A DNA stretch of 15,809 nt, taken from positions 1 through 15,809 of the forward strand of contig JBDGTS010000035.1 of assembly GCA_042216675.1 (NCBI GenBank), read 5' to 3'. Of the stretch, positions 1 through 7,541 are shown one piece after another (the stretch's first letter is position 1; each line of letters begins with the position of its first letter). The notes under the pieces were generated by a model. The model was not told the origin of the DNA. It ran no database searches and saw only the letters and a program-made list of their open reading frames with translations. Made by a program: the position numbers and the translations under genes. Source of the DNA: Halobacteriaceae archaeon. GTDB lineage: Archaea > Halobacteriota > Halobacteria > Halobacteriales > Halobacteriaceae.

Positions 1-55
1 CGCCGCTCGCTTCACTCCCTCGCAAAAACGTGGGGAAAAAGACCGCTCGCCGCGG
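1..55 (-). terminator. Oligo-T terminator-like tracts downstream of spt5, possibly the edge of a short haloarchaeal intergenic repeat
   Basis: Minus strand after the spt5 stop reads ...GGTCTTTTTCCCCACGTTTTTGCGAGGGAGTGAAGCGAGCGGCG, with two T5 runs. CCGCTCGC occurs twice on + (3-10, 43-50). Truncated by the window edge. Confidence 0.45.
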
Positions 56-493
56 TTACCGCTCTTCGGAGTCCAGCACGCGAATCTGATCGCCGCGGAC
101 GGTGACGGGAATCGGAACGGTGGCCTCGTACAGTTCGACGGTCACCTGATCCTTGCCCTCGTCGATGCGCTGGACCTGTGCCTTCTCGCCCTTGAACGGG
201 CCGGCGATGAGTTCCACGATGTCCCCCTCGGCGATGCCCTCCACGTCCGGCTTGGGCGAGAGGAAGTGCTCGACCTCGGAGATGTCGCTCTCGCCGGGCA
301 CCATGCTCCGGGCGTGGGGAATCTCCTCGAGAACGCGGCCGATGACCGACTGGTCGTCGGCCTCCACCATCACGTAACTGGTCAGCGACTCGGGCGCCAG
401 CACCGCGTGAATCTCCGGTTCGTCGCGGGTCGCGATCATGTCCGCGACGGTGCGCTCCTGACTCGCGGTCGTCTTGACTGCGAACATCGGCAT
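56..493 (-). CDS. spt5: Transcription elongation factor Spt5 (archaeal NusG)
   Basis: 145 aa with an NGN domain start ([10 protein letters not shown]) and a KOW motif ([18 protein letters not shown]). Lies directly downstream of secE. Confidence 0.97.
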   Translation of the reverse strand: MPMFAVKTTASQERTVADMIATRDEPEIHAVLAPESLTSYVMVEADDQSVIGRVLEEIPHARSMVPGESDISEVEHFLSPKPDVEGIAEGDIVELIAGPFKGEKAQVQRIDEGKDQVTVELYEATVPIPVTVRGDQIRVLDSEER

Positions 494-499
494 CTCAGG

Positions 500-670
500 T
501 CACCCCGGGGGGACGATGTCCATGAACAGGAAGATCAGGAACCCGATCGTTCCGATGAGGCCGATACCCGCGCCCGCCACGAGGGCGACTCGGGAGAACT
601 CCTCCCAGGAGGGGGTACTCGCCAACTTGAGCACCCTCGTGTACGCGGAGATGTTGTAGGGAACGTCCAT
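500..670 (-). CDS. secE: Protein translocase SecE / Sec61 gamma subunit
   Basis: Not in the ORF track (56 aa). Manual translation gives MDVPYNISAYTRVLKLASTPSWEEFSRVALVAGAGIGLIGTIGFLIFLFMDIVPPG: the RVLKLA-x-x-P-x-WEEF motif followed by one TM helix. Ends 6 nt before the spt5 start. Confidence 0.95.
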   Translation of the reverse strand: MDVPYNISAYTRVLKLASTPSWEEFSRVALVAGAGIGLIGTIGFLIFLFMDIVPPG

Positions 671-693
671 AGCCGGCCGTTCGAGGCGCCGAC

Positions 694-704
694 TTTTTTA
701 TCTT
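694..704 (-). promoter_or_regulatory. Putative TATA-like promoter element for secE-spt5
   Basis: AT-rich AAGATAAAAAA on the minus strand about 24-34 nt upstream of the secE ATG (670), in a GC-rich background. Confidence 0.5.
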
Positions 705-838
705 CCCATCAGCGCCGGCCCGCTCACAACCGGTGAGCCGACTCGAATCCCAAAGGCTCTTTGTATCGGTTCCGCTACTCGGCGGATAATATGACCGCAG
801 TTGCTGAGGCCGCCGCGTTCACCACACACTGACCAGCC

Positions 839-1912
839 ATGTCCGCCACCTCCTACCAGCAGGCCCAGAAGTCGTTTCTGAAGTATCAGCACGTGTTCGT
901 CCTCCTCGCGCCGGTCATCTTCGTCCTCGGCGTGGTGCTCGCCGCGCCCACGCCCGCCGGCGTCGGGACGGGCTACTGGCTCGAGTACTGGTGGCTGTTT
1001 CCCTTCTTCCTGCTCGGGGCCACCACCGTCAACACCGTCGGCATCAGCGGGTCGGCGCTGTTCGTGCCGTTTCTCATCTTCGTCTTCCCGCTGTTCGCCC
1101 ACCCGCTGGAGTCCGAGACGCTGGTGAAAGTCGGCCTCATCAGCGAGTCCTTCGGACTGTCGAGTTCGGCCGTCGCCTTCATCCAGTACGGGCTGGTGGA
1201 CCGCAGACTGGCGCTCACGCTCGTCGGTGGTGCGCTCCCCTTCGTCGTGGGCGGCGCGTTGCTCTCGTTCGTCATCCCGGACCCGCTGTTCCACGCCCTC
1301 CTCGGCGTCGCGCTCATCACGGCCGCCTACCTCATGTTCACGGCCGACCTCAGCCACGAGGAACCCGGTGACGGTGAGAGCGCCGACGGCGAGGCCGACT
1401 CGCACCTTCCGAACGACCACGGCAAGCCGGGCTCGGCCGGCGTCGGCGTCGACGAGGAGGGGACCGTCACCCGCGTCGACCGCGAGGGGAGTACCTACAC
1501 CTACACGCTGTCCGGCTACCTCGAACGCTTCGCCAACTACAGCGTCGGCGGCATGTTTCAGGGGCTCGCCGGCTTTGGCATCGGCGAACTCGGCATCATC
1601 TCGATGCTCCGAACGGAGATGCCCGTGCGCGTCGCCATCGGCACGAACCACATCGTCGTCGCGACGACGGCCGTCATCGCGTCACTGGTCCACGTCTTCG
1701 GCGGCGGACTCGTCGGTGGCCACACGCTGAGTCTCGCCTCGACGCCGTGGAACATGGTCGTGTTCACCGTCCCCGCGACAGTCATCGGCGGACAGGTCGC
1801 ACCCTACGTCTCGACCGCCCTCGACACCACGACGATAAAGAACGGCGTGGGCATCATCTTCGCCGTCATCGCCGTCGCCCTCTTCTTGATGGCCGCAGGC
1901 GGCGCTTTCTAA
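839..1912 (+). CDS. Sulfite exporter TauE/SafE (TSUP) family membrane transporter
   Basis: 357 aa with many hydrophobic helices. Has two repeat halves with glycine motifs (TVGISGSALFVP; GLAGFGIGELG) and AIGTNH in the second half. Confidence 0.85.
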   Translation: MSATSYQQAQKSFLKYQHVFVLLAPVIFVLGVVLAAPTPAGVGTGYWLEYWWLFPFFLLGATTVNTVGISGSALFVPFLIFVFPLFAHPLESETLVKVGLISESFGLSSSAVAFIQYGLVDRRLALTLVGGALPFVVGGALLSFVIPDPLFHALLGVALITAAYLMFTADLSHEEPGDGESADGEADSHLPNDHGKPGSAGVGVDEEGTVTRVDREGSTYTYTLSGYLERFANYSVGGMFQGLAGFGIGELGIISMLRTEMPVRVAIGTNHIVVATTAVIASLVHVFGGGLVGGHTLSLASTPWNMVVFTVPATVIGGQVAPYVSTALDTTTIKNGVGIIFAVIAVALFLMAAGGAF

Positions 1913-1948
1913 CCCTAGCGTTTTGGCGGTGGGGACGAAGCCACGGCC

Positions 1949-2383
1949 GTGTACGACCATATTCTCTTCCCGACTGACGGTAGCGAGTCTGCGGCGGCCG
2001 TGGCGGACCACGTCGATGCGCTGGTCGACCGAACCGGGGCGACCGTCCACGTCCTCTCAGTCGTGGACGCGCGCAACCGCTTCGAGAGTCCGACCGGCGG
2101 CGTCGCACCCGAGGCGTGGGACGAGGCAGAACGGGAGCGTGCGGAAGCGGCCATCGACGACGCCGTCGCCGCTCTGGCCGCCGGCACGTCGGTCGAACGG
2201 CACGTCGAAATCGGAATCCCCCACGCGAAAATCGTCGAGTACGCGTCGCGCGAGGACTGCGACGTGGTCGTGATGAGCACCCACGGCCGGACCGGACTGG
2301 ACCACTACCTCATCGGGAGCGTCGCGGAGCGAGTGGTGCGCCAGTCACCGGTCCCGGTGCTGACGGTCAGACTCGAGGACTGA
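1949..2383 (+). CDS. Universal stress protein (UspA family)
   Basis: GTG start. N-terminal YDHILFPTDGS and C-terminal VVMSTHGRTGLDHYLIGSVAERVVRQSPVPVLTV (Usp ATP-binding type motif). Confidence 0.95.
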   Translation: MYDHILFPTDGSESAAAVADHVDALVDRTGATVHVLSVVDARNRFESPTGGVAPEAWDEAERERAEAAIDDAVAALAAGTSVERHVEIGIPHAKIVEYASREDCDVVVMSTHGRTGLDHYLIGSVAERVVRQSPVPVLTVRLED

Positions 2384-2536
2384 TCAGTTCCGGACGGCCT
2401 CGACGCGCATCTCGACGTAGCGGCTCGCCCACGTGTGGACGTGTGTTCGGACCGCGCCGGCGACTCGTTCGACGAGCGGCGTCGCTGACAGGCTCTTCTC
2501 TCCGGTTGGCTCCGTCGGCCGACGCTTGTGGCTCAT
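2384..2536 (-). CDS. Putative 50-aa small protein of unknown function
   Basis: Manual translation gives MSHKRRPTEPTGEKSLSATPLVERVAGAVRTHVHTWASRYVEMRVEAVRN*. Its stop abuts the Usp stop (TGATCA at 2381-2386). A TATA-like TTTATG lies 25-30 nt upstream of the ATG. Confidence 0.55.
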   Translation of the reverse strand: MSHKRRPTEPTGEKSLSATPLVERVAGAVRTHVHTWASRYVEMRVEAVRN

Positions 2537-2580
2537 ATGGTAACGTTTGGCCCGGTCCATCATAAACGTTCATGGTAACG
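2537..2580 (-). promoter_or_regulatory. TATA box flanked by a 9-bp direct repeat (candidate operator)
   Basis: TTTATG on the minus strand at 2566-2561. ATGGTAACG at 2537-2545 and 2572-2580. Inverted pair AACGTTT (2542-2548) / AAACGTT (2564-2570). Confidence 0.55.
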
Positions 2581-2627
2581 CGGCACGCGGCGCTGTTCGG
2601 TGAGCAGAAACGGAGACGAAGTGAGCG

Positions 2628-3791
2628 CTACTCCACGTAGTCGATGTCCTCGGGGCCGGAGGACTGGGCGGCCTCCTCGACGGCCGCCTCCTCGCGGCCG
2701 TAGATCTGGGGCGACTCGACGCCCGTGACGACGATCATCGTCCGCATCGTGCCGTCGAGTTCCTCGTCGATGGAGGTGCCCCAGATGATGCGGGCGTCGG
2801 GGTCGATGCGGTCGTAAATCTCCTCGACGACGCCCTCGGCCTCCTCGATGGCCATGTCGGGGCCGCCGGTGACGTTCACCAGCGCGGAGTTCGCGCCGGA
2901 GATGTCCACGTCCAGCAACGGCGACCGGAGCGCGGAGTTCACCGAATCGCTGGCTTTCTCCTCGGAGTCGGACTCGCCGAGGCCGATCATCGCGACGCCG
3001 CCCTTCTCCATCACGGTGCGAACGTCGGCGAAGTCCAGATTCACCAGTCCGGGCTTGGTGATGAGTTCCGTGATGCCCTTCACCGAGCGCATCAGCACTT
3101 CGTCGGAGATCTTGAACGCCTGCTTGACGGGCAGTTTGCCCACGGAGTCGAGCAGCCGGTCGTTGGGCACCACGATGACCGTGTCGGACACGTCGCGCAG
3201 GCGTTCGAGGCCCGCCTCGGCGTTCGTGCGGCGCACCTCGCCCTCCGCCGTGAACGGCGTCGTGACGATGGAGATGGTGAGCGCACCGGCTTCGCGGGCG
3301 GCCTTGGCGACGACGGGGGCGGACCCCGTGCCGGTGCCGCCGCCCAGTCCGGCCGTGACGAAGACCATGTCCGAGCCCTTGATCGATTCGAGAATCTCGT
3401 CCTGAGATTCGAGCGCGGCCTCCTCGCCCACTTGCGGGAGCGAGCCGGCGCCGCGGCCCTGCGTGCGCTCCTCGCCCATCAGAATCTTCGTGTCCGCCTC
3501 GATGTCGACGAGATGCTGGACGTCGGTGTTCGCGGCCACGAGTTTCGCGCCGTGGATGCCCTCCTTGAACATCCGGTTGACCGTGTTGGACCCCGCACCG
3601 CCACAGCCGACCACCGTGATGTCGGTTTCGAGTCCTTCGAGAACTTCCTCGAGTTCGTCGTCGGTCATGCGGCCGGTTCTCGAATCCGGCGACGCGTCCT
3701 CGCGCTGTTCCCCATCCTCCCGTTCAGGCGCCTCCGAGGCCTCCTCCTCCTCCTCGGCCTCGTCGATGGCGTCCTGGACAATCGAGTCCAT
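2628..3791 (-). CDS. ftsZ: Cell division protein FtsZ (FtsZ1-type by context)
   Basis: 387 aa with [10 protein letters not shown], the tubulin signature GLGGGTGTG and the T7 loop NLDFADV. Acidic N-terminal extension; neighbours dtdA, secE and spt5. Confidence 0.98.
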   Translation of the reverse strand: MDSIVQDAIDEAEEEEEASEAPEREDGEQREDASPDSRTGRMTDDELEEVLEGLETDITVVGCGGAGSNTVNRMFKEGIHGAKLVAANTDVQHLVDIEADTKILMGEERTQGRGAGSLPQVGEEAALESQDEILESIKGSDMVFVTAGLGGGTGTGSAPVVAKAAREAGALTISIVTTPFTAEGEVRRTNAEAGLERLRDVSDTVIVVPNDRLLDSVGKLPVKQAFKISDEVLMRSVKGITELITKPGLVNLDFADVRTVMEKGGVAMIGLGESDSEEKASDSVNSALRSPLLDVDISGANSALVNVTGGPDMAIEEAEGVVEEIYDRIDPDARIIWGTSIDEELDGTMRTMIVVTGVESPQIYGREEAAVEEAAQSSGPEDIDYVE

Positions 3792-3818
3792 CGTTGCCGC
3801 CTTGTTTGCGGTGCCGCA

Positions 3819-3834
3819 CTAATTACCTTTCCCC
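3819..3834 (-). promoter_or_regulatory. Putative BRE/TATA promoter of ftsZ
   Basis: Minus strand GGGGAAAGGTAATTAG: a purine-rich BRE-like stretch followed by an AT-rich box about 28-34 nt upstream of the ATG at 3791. Confidence 0.55.
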
Positions 3835-3868
3835 TGCGGCTGACGCGCGTCAGACGGTTTTCGGCGCC

Positions 3869-5173
3869 TCAGACCGGAAAACGCCGTGTTCGCTCTCGAT
3901 GGACCGCTTCGGGACGCACCGTCCGCCCGTCCACCTCGACTGTCTCGCCGGCTGAGAGGCGGCCGAACGCCGGTCCCTCGGGAACGCCGCGGGCCCGCGC
4001 GGCGTCCGGGTCGAAGGCCGTCTCTCGCGCCACCACCGCGTCGGCCCGCCGCTCCACCTCGTCGTACCGCTCGCGCAGAATCCCCGCGAGACGGTCCACG
4101 AGTTCGTCCACGGCCCCGGTGTCGGCGACAGCGCCCTCGCCCGCGGGGAGCGTCCCGCCGTCCACCGTCTCGTAGGCGACCAGCGACTCGTCGGCCGCCG
4201 CCCGCGTCGCATCGCGGTCCACCTCCGCCGCCGCAGCGAACAGGTCGTCCGGAAGCGAGACGACGTCGTACTCGGTCGCCTCCCCCGCCGGGTCACCGAA
4301 CCGGAGGCCCGCCCCGACCGGGGAGAGCGTCGCTTCGAGTGATTCCGCGCGACTGACGGGGACGCCGGCCGTCTCCTGCACCCACGTCTCACTGACGACG
4401 CGGTGACCGAGGTCCTCGACGACCGTCCGCAGGTCGGGTTTCTCCCCCGCGACGACGGCGTGGTCGGCGTCGCTCGCGTCGAACGCGGCCTCGATGACCT
4501 CGCGGTTGGCCTCGGGCGTGCCCATCGCCTCCAGCGCCCAGTCTGCGCCGACGTGGCCGACGGCCCAGTCCGTCTCGGTGACGATGCGCGTCGGTCGCGG
4601 CGCGTAGTGCCCGCCACCGAAGGCGACGACGGTTCGGTCGCCCACGGGGTCGGTCCCCCGGAGGTCGAGGACGGCCCGCGCGACGGCCCGGGCCGCGTCG
4701 GGGTCCGCCCACTGGTCGGGGCCGCTCCCGAGTTCGACGAACAGCGACGGCGCGCCCACGGCCGTCGGGCCGTGGTGAGTGCACTCCATCGCCACGTCGT
4801 ACCCCTCCGGCGCGTGGCGTTCGAGGCCCGAGACGGCCCGCTTCGCCGCTCGGGGTGCCGCCGTCGCGAGGGCGCCATCTTCGCCGCCGTACTCCGCCGG
4901 GCCGAAGTTGCCCGTGAAGTGGGCGGTCAGGAGGGGGCCGGTGTCGCCGGCGTGGCGCGAGACGAAGATGACGGCGTCGGGGTCGTCGAACAACGACGCG
5001 GCGTCGTCGAGTTCGATGTGGGGCGTCTCGACGGCGCGGAGTTCGAAGCCCTCGGTCCGGCGCGCCTCGCCGGCGCCGGGTAGGCCGTCGCCGTCCCAGT
5101 CGCCGACGGCGAGCAGTTGCTCCCCGATGTGCTGGGACGCCTCGTCGGCCGTGCTGACGACGATGCCGATCAC
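3869..5173 (-). CDS. dtdA: D-aminoacyl-tRNA deacylase (archaeal DtdA/DTD2 family), long form with C-terminal extension
   Basis: GTG start. Family motifs IVVSTADEAS, FVSRH, LTAHFTGN, ECTHHGPT, FVELGS and GGGHYAP; core ends near aa 265 of 434. Confidence 0.93.
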   Translation of the reverse strand: MIGIVVSTADEASQHIGEQLLAVGDWDGDGLPGAGEARRTEGFELRAVETPHIELDDAASLFDDPDAVIFVSRHAGDTGPLLTAHFTGNFGPAEYGGEDGALATAAPRAAKRAVSGLERHAPEGYDVAMECTHHGPTAVGAPSLFVELGSGPDQWADPDAARAVARAVLDLRGTDPVGDRTVVAFGGGHYAPRPTRIVTETDWAVGHVGADWALEAMGTPEANREVIEAAFDASDADHAVVAGEKPDLRTVVEDLGHRVVSETWVQETAGVPVSRAESLEATLSPVGAGLRFGDPAGEATEYDVVSLPDDLFAAAAEVDRDATRAAADESLVAYETVDGGTLPAGEGAVADTGAVDELVDRLAGILRERYDEVERRADAVVARETAFDPDAARARGVPEGPAFGRLSAGETVEVDGRTVRPEAVHRERTRRFPV

Positions 5174-5217
5174 GCCCGAGGGCAGGGCGACGGCCGGGAA
5201 AACTCTCTCGGTCGTGG

Positions 5218-6597
5218 TCAGGTGACCCGCTCGAACGCGCCGCGGAGCGCCGCCTGCGTGTCGCTGGCGATGGCCATCAGTTCACCGCGCCGAAGCGCGA
5301 ACAGGATGACGCCGAGCACCACGTACACGACGGCGAAGCCGTCGAGGAGGAGCATGCTCAGTTCCTCGGCGCGCGGCGAGGGCACCGTCTGGATGATGTA
5401 GAACTCCGCGATGACCTGCGAGGCGAACAGCGCCAGCAGTGTCACCGCCTCGCGGCCGCTGATGGAGAAGTTGACCAGCACGGAGATGGCGAAGAAACTC
5501 TGTGCCGCGGTGATCCAGATTTCGGCCGCCTGCTTCGAGTCGAAGGGGAGCGTGCTGACCTCGCCGAGGCCGATGCTGTAGACGACGGCCAGCGTCCCGA
5601 TGAGCAAGGTCCACTGATTCAGCTTCGAGGAGATGAGCGCGTTGAAGCCCGCGGTGGAGCGCGCCTTGTTGACGAGGTACGCGACGACGATGAGTTCCGG
5701 GCTCTCGCTCGCCAGCGGCGCGATCCACTGAATCATGAAGAAGGAGGGGATGCCGAGGCCCTTCCCCAGTTCCTCCAGTCCGTGCGCGAACGGGTGGACG
5801 GCGACGTAGATGAGGAAGCCCGAGAACAGGAACAGGGCGATGGCGACGGGGACGCGGATGGCCCGCGCTCGCTCGTGGAAGTACGCCGGGACCCCGACTT
5901 GCTCCTCGACCTCCTCGACTTCGCCCGTCACCGCGATGGCGATGTAGAGGAGGTAGATGCCGACGAGGACGACGGTGTCGAGGATGCCGATGCCGCCGCC
6001 GAGGGGCACCGTGAACGCGAACAGCGTCGCCGCCAGCAGGAACGTGATTTCGACGGCGATCTTCCGGTCGAGGTGGACCACGTCGGTCAGCACCCCCTCG
6101 CGGTTCTCGATACTGGGGTCTTCGCTGGCCCGCGTGCGGTAGATGCTGAACAGGGCGATGCCGGCCCAGCCCAGACCGATGAGGATGCGGTTCGCCCCCG
6201 TCATGTTCGCCACGGCGAGGTTCGCGTCGTGACAGGCCGCTGCGACGGGCGTCACGCCGCTCTCGATCTGTTTGGCCGTGAACTCCGCGCAGGCGGCCTG
6301 CGTCGCGCCGCCCGCGCCGGCGTTCCACGCGTACAGTGCGTCGACTGCGTACTCGGGGGCGACGGCGAGGACCGCCAACACCGCGATGGCGAACGCTCGC
6401 GGAACGTCTTTCTCCGCGATTTCCGCCCCCCACGCGAGCATGAAGGACGCGCCGAGGATGCCGACGCCGCTCACCGCGACGGTCGAGAGCGGCGGCAGTC
6501 CGTGGGCCCGCCCCGTCCCCCACGCCACCATCCACGGGGTCGTGAGAAGGAGTGCCCCGGCGAGGGCCGTGAGGGGATGCTTGAGTCGTCGAAACAT
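5218..6597 (-). CDS. Sodium:calcium antiporter (CaCA superfamily)
   Basis: Polytopic membrane protein with two alpha-repeat-like motifs ([11 protein letters not shown]...ANMTGANR; [10 protein letters not shown]...[10 protein letters not shown]). The ATG at 6597 is preferred over the track's TTG at 6615. Confidence 0.88.
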   Translation of the reverse strand: MFRRLKHPLTALAGALLLTTPWMVAWGTGRAHGLPPLSTVAVSGVGILGASFMLAWGAEIAEKDVPRAFAIAVLAVLAVAPEYAVDALYAWNAGAGGATQAACAEFTAKQIESGVTPVAAACHDANLAVANMTGANRILIGLGWAGIALFSIYRTRASEDPSIENREGVLTDVVHLDRKIAVEITFLLAATLFAFTVPLGGGIGILDTVVLVGIYLLYIAIAVTGEVEEVEEQVGVPAYFHERARAIRVPVAIALFLFSGFLIYVAVHPFAHGLEELGKGLGIPSFFMIQWIAPLASESPELIVVAYLVNKARSTAGFNALISSKLNQWTLLIGTLAVVYSIGLGEVSTLPFDSKQAAEIWITAAQSFFAISVLVNFSISGREAVTLLALFASQVIAEFYIIQTVPSPRAEELSMLLLDGFAVVYVVLGVILFALRRGELMAIASDTQAALRGAFERVT

Positions 6598-6716
6598 GCT
6601 GGCCGCGACTTTCAAATCCAGTACCCTTTGTTTGTCGGTTCTCGATTTTCCTATCGGGATTCGGACTGTTCCGCCGGACCGGCGGTTTTACGACCCGTCG
6701 CCGCCGAACGCCGCCC

Positions 6717-7514
6717 ATGCACGTCTACGGACTCGTCGGCAACCCCGTCGGGCACTCCCTCTCGCCGCCGATGCACGAGGCGGCCTACGACGAACTAGGG
6801 ATGGACGCCCGCTACGTCACCTTCGAACCCGACCCGACTGACCTCGACGCGGCCGTCGAGGGCGCCTCGGCGCTGGGCGTCGCAGGGCTCAACGTCACCA
6901 TCCCGTTCAAGCAGGACGTCTTGGACCTCGTGGACCCGGCCGAACAGGCCGCTCGCATCGGCGCCGTCAACACCGTCGACTTCTCCACGTCGCCTCCGAC
7001 TGGCTACAACACCGACGCCGCGGGCGCCCGGCGCGCCCTCGAACACCACGGCGTCTCCCCCGGCGACTGCGAGACGGTCCTCGTCGGCGCGGGCGGCGCG
7101 GCGCGCGCCATCGCGGTGATGCTCGCCGACGCGGGCGCCACCGTCCACATCGCGAACCGGACGCCCGAACGCGCGGAACGCCTCGCCGCGGACGTGGACG
7201 CGACGGGCTACGACCTTGCCGCCCTCGACGAACTGGTCACAGAGGCGGACCTGCTCGTCAACGCCACCAGCGTCGGGATGGAGGAGGACCGCTCACCGGT
7301 GCCCGCGGACGCCCTCCACGCGGACCTGACGGTGATGGACGCCGTCTACACGCCCTTGGAGACGCGACTGCTCCGGGACGCCGCCGCCGCGGGCGCCGAC
7401 ACCGTCGACGGCGCGTGGATGCTCCTGTATCAGGGCGTCGAGGCGTTCGAGCGCTGGACCGGCCGCGACGCGCCGGTGAGCGCGATGAACGCCGCACTCC
7501 GGGAGGGGCTTTAA
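6717..7514 (+). CDS. aroE: Shikimate dehydrogenase
   Basis: Motifs [46 protein letters not shown] and MLLYQG. Confidence 0.97.
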   Translation: MHVYGLVGNPVGHSLSPPMHEAAYDELGMDARYVTFEPDPTDLDAAVEGASALGVAGLNVTIPFKQDVLDLVDPAEQAARIGAVNTVDFSTSPPTGYNTDAAGARRALEHHGVSPGDCETVLVGAGGAARAIAVMLADAGATVHIANRTPERAERLAADVDATGYDLAALDELVTEADLLVNATSVGMEEDRSPVPADALHADLTVMDAVYTPLETRLLRDAAAAGADTVDGAWMLLYQGVEAFERWTGRDAPVSAMNAALREGL

Positions 7515-7517
7515 GTA
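7510..7517 (+). promoter_or_regulatory. TATA box of the HhH gene overlapping the aroE stop codon
   Basis: TTTAAGTA lies 25-32 nt upstream of ATG 7542; its TAA (7512-7514) is the aroE stop. Confidence 0.6.
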
Positions 7518-7541
7518 ATCGCCGCGCGAAATACTCGTAAA

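Noticed and set aside
830-832. In-frame TGA upstream of TauE as a selenocysteine codon
   Set aside because: Halobacteria are not known to encode selenoproteins, there is no catalytic context, and no SECIS is recognisable.
2367-2573. 68-aa minus-strand ORF from the track in the Usp-ftsZ gap
   Set aside because: Its start lies upstream of the TATA-like box, it overlaps the Usp 3' end and it is Arg/Pro-rich. The 2384-2536 frame fits promoter spacing and gene boundaries better.
731-2605. CGGTGAGC at 731-738 and 2598-2605 (and CGCTCAC/GTGAGCG at 721-727 and 2621-2627) as possible target-site duplication or terminal repeats of the islet
   Set aside because: Only 7-8 bp of GC-rich sequence, plausible by chance, and no transposase or integrase is present. 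Insufficient to call a mobile element.
3650-3791. Acidic N-terminal extension of FtsZ with GAG-rich run
   Set aside because: A typical low-complexity acidic tail of haloarchaeal FtsZ1; not a DNA repeat element.
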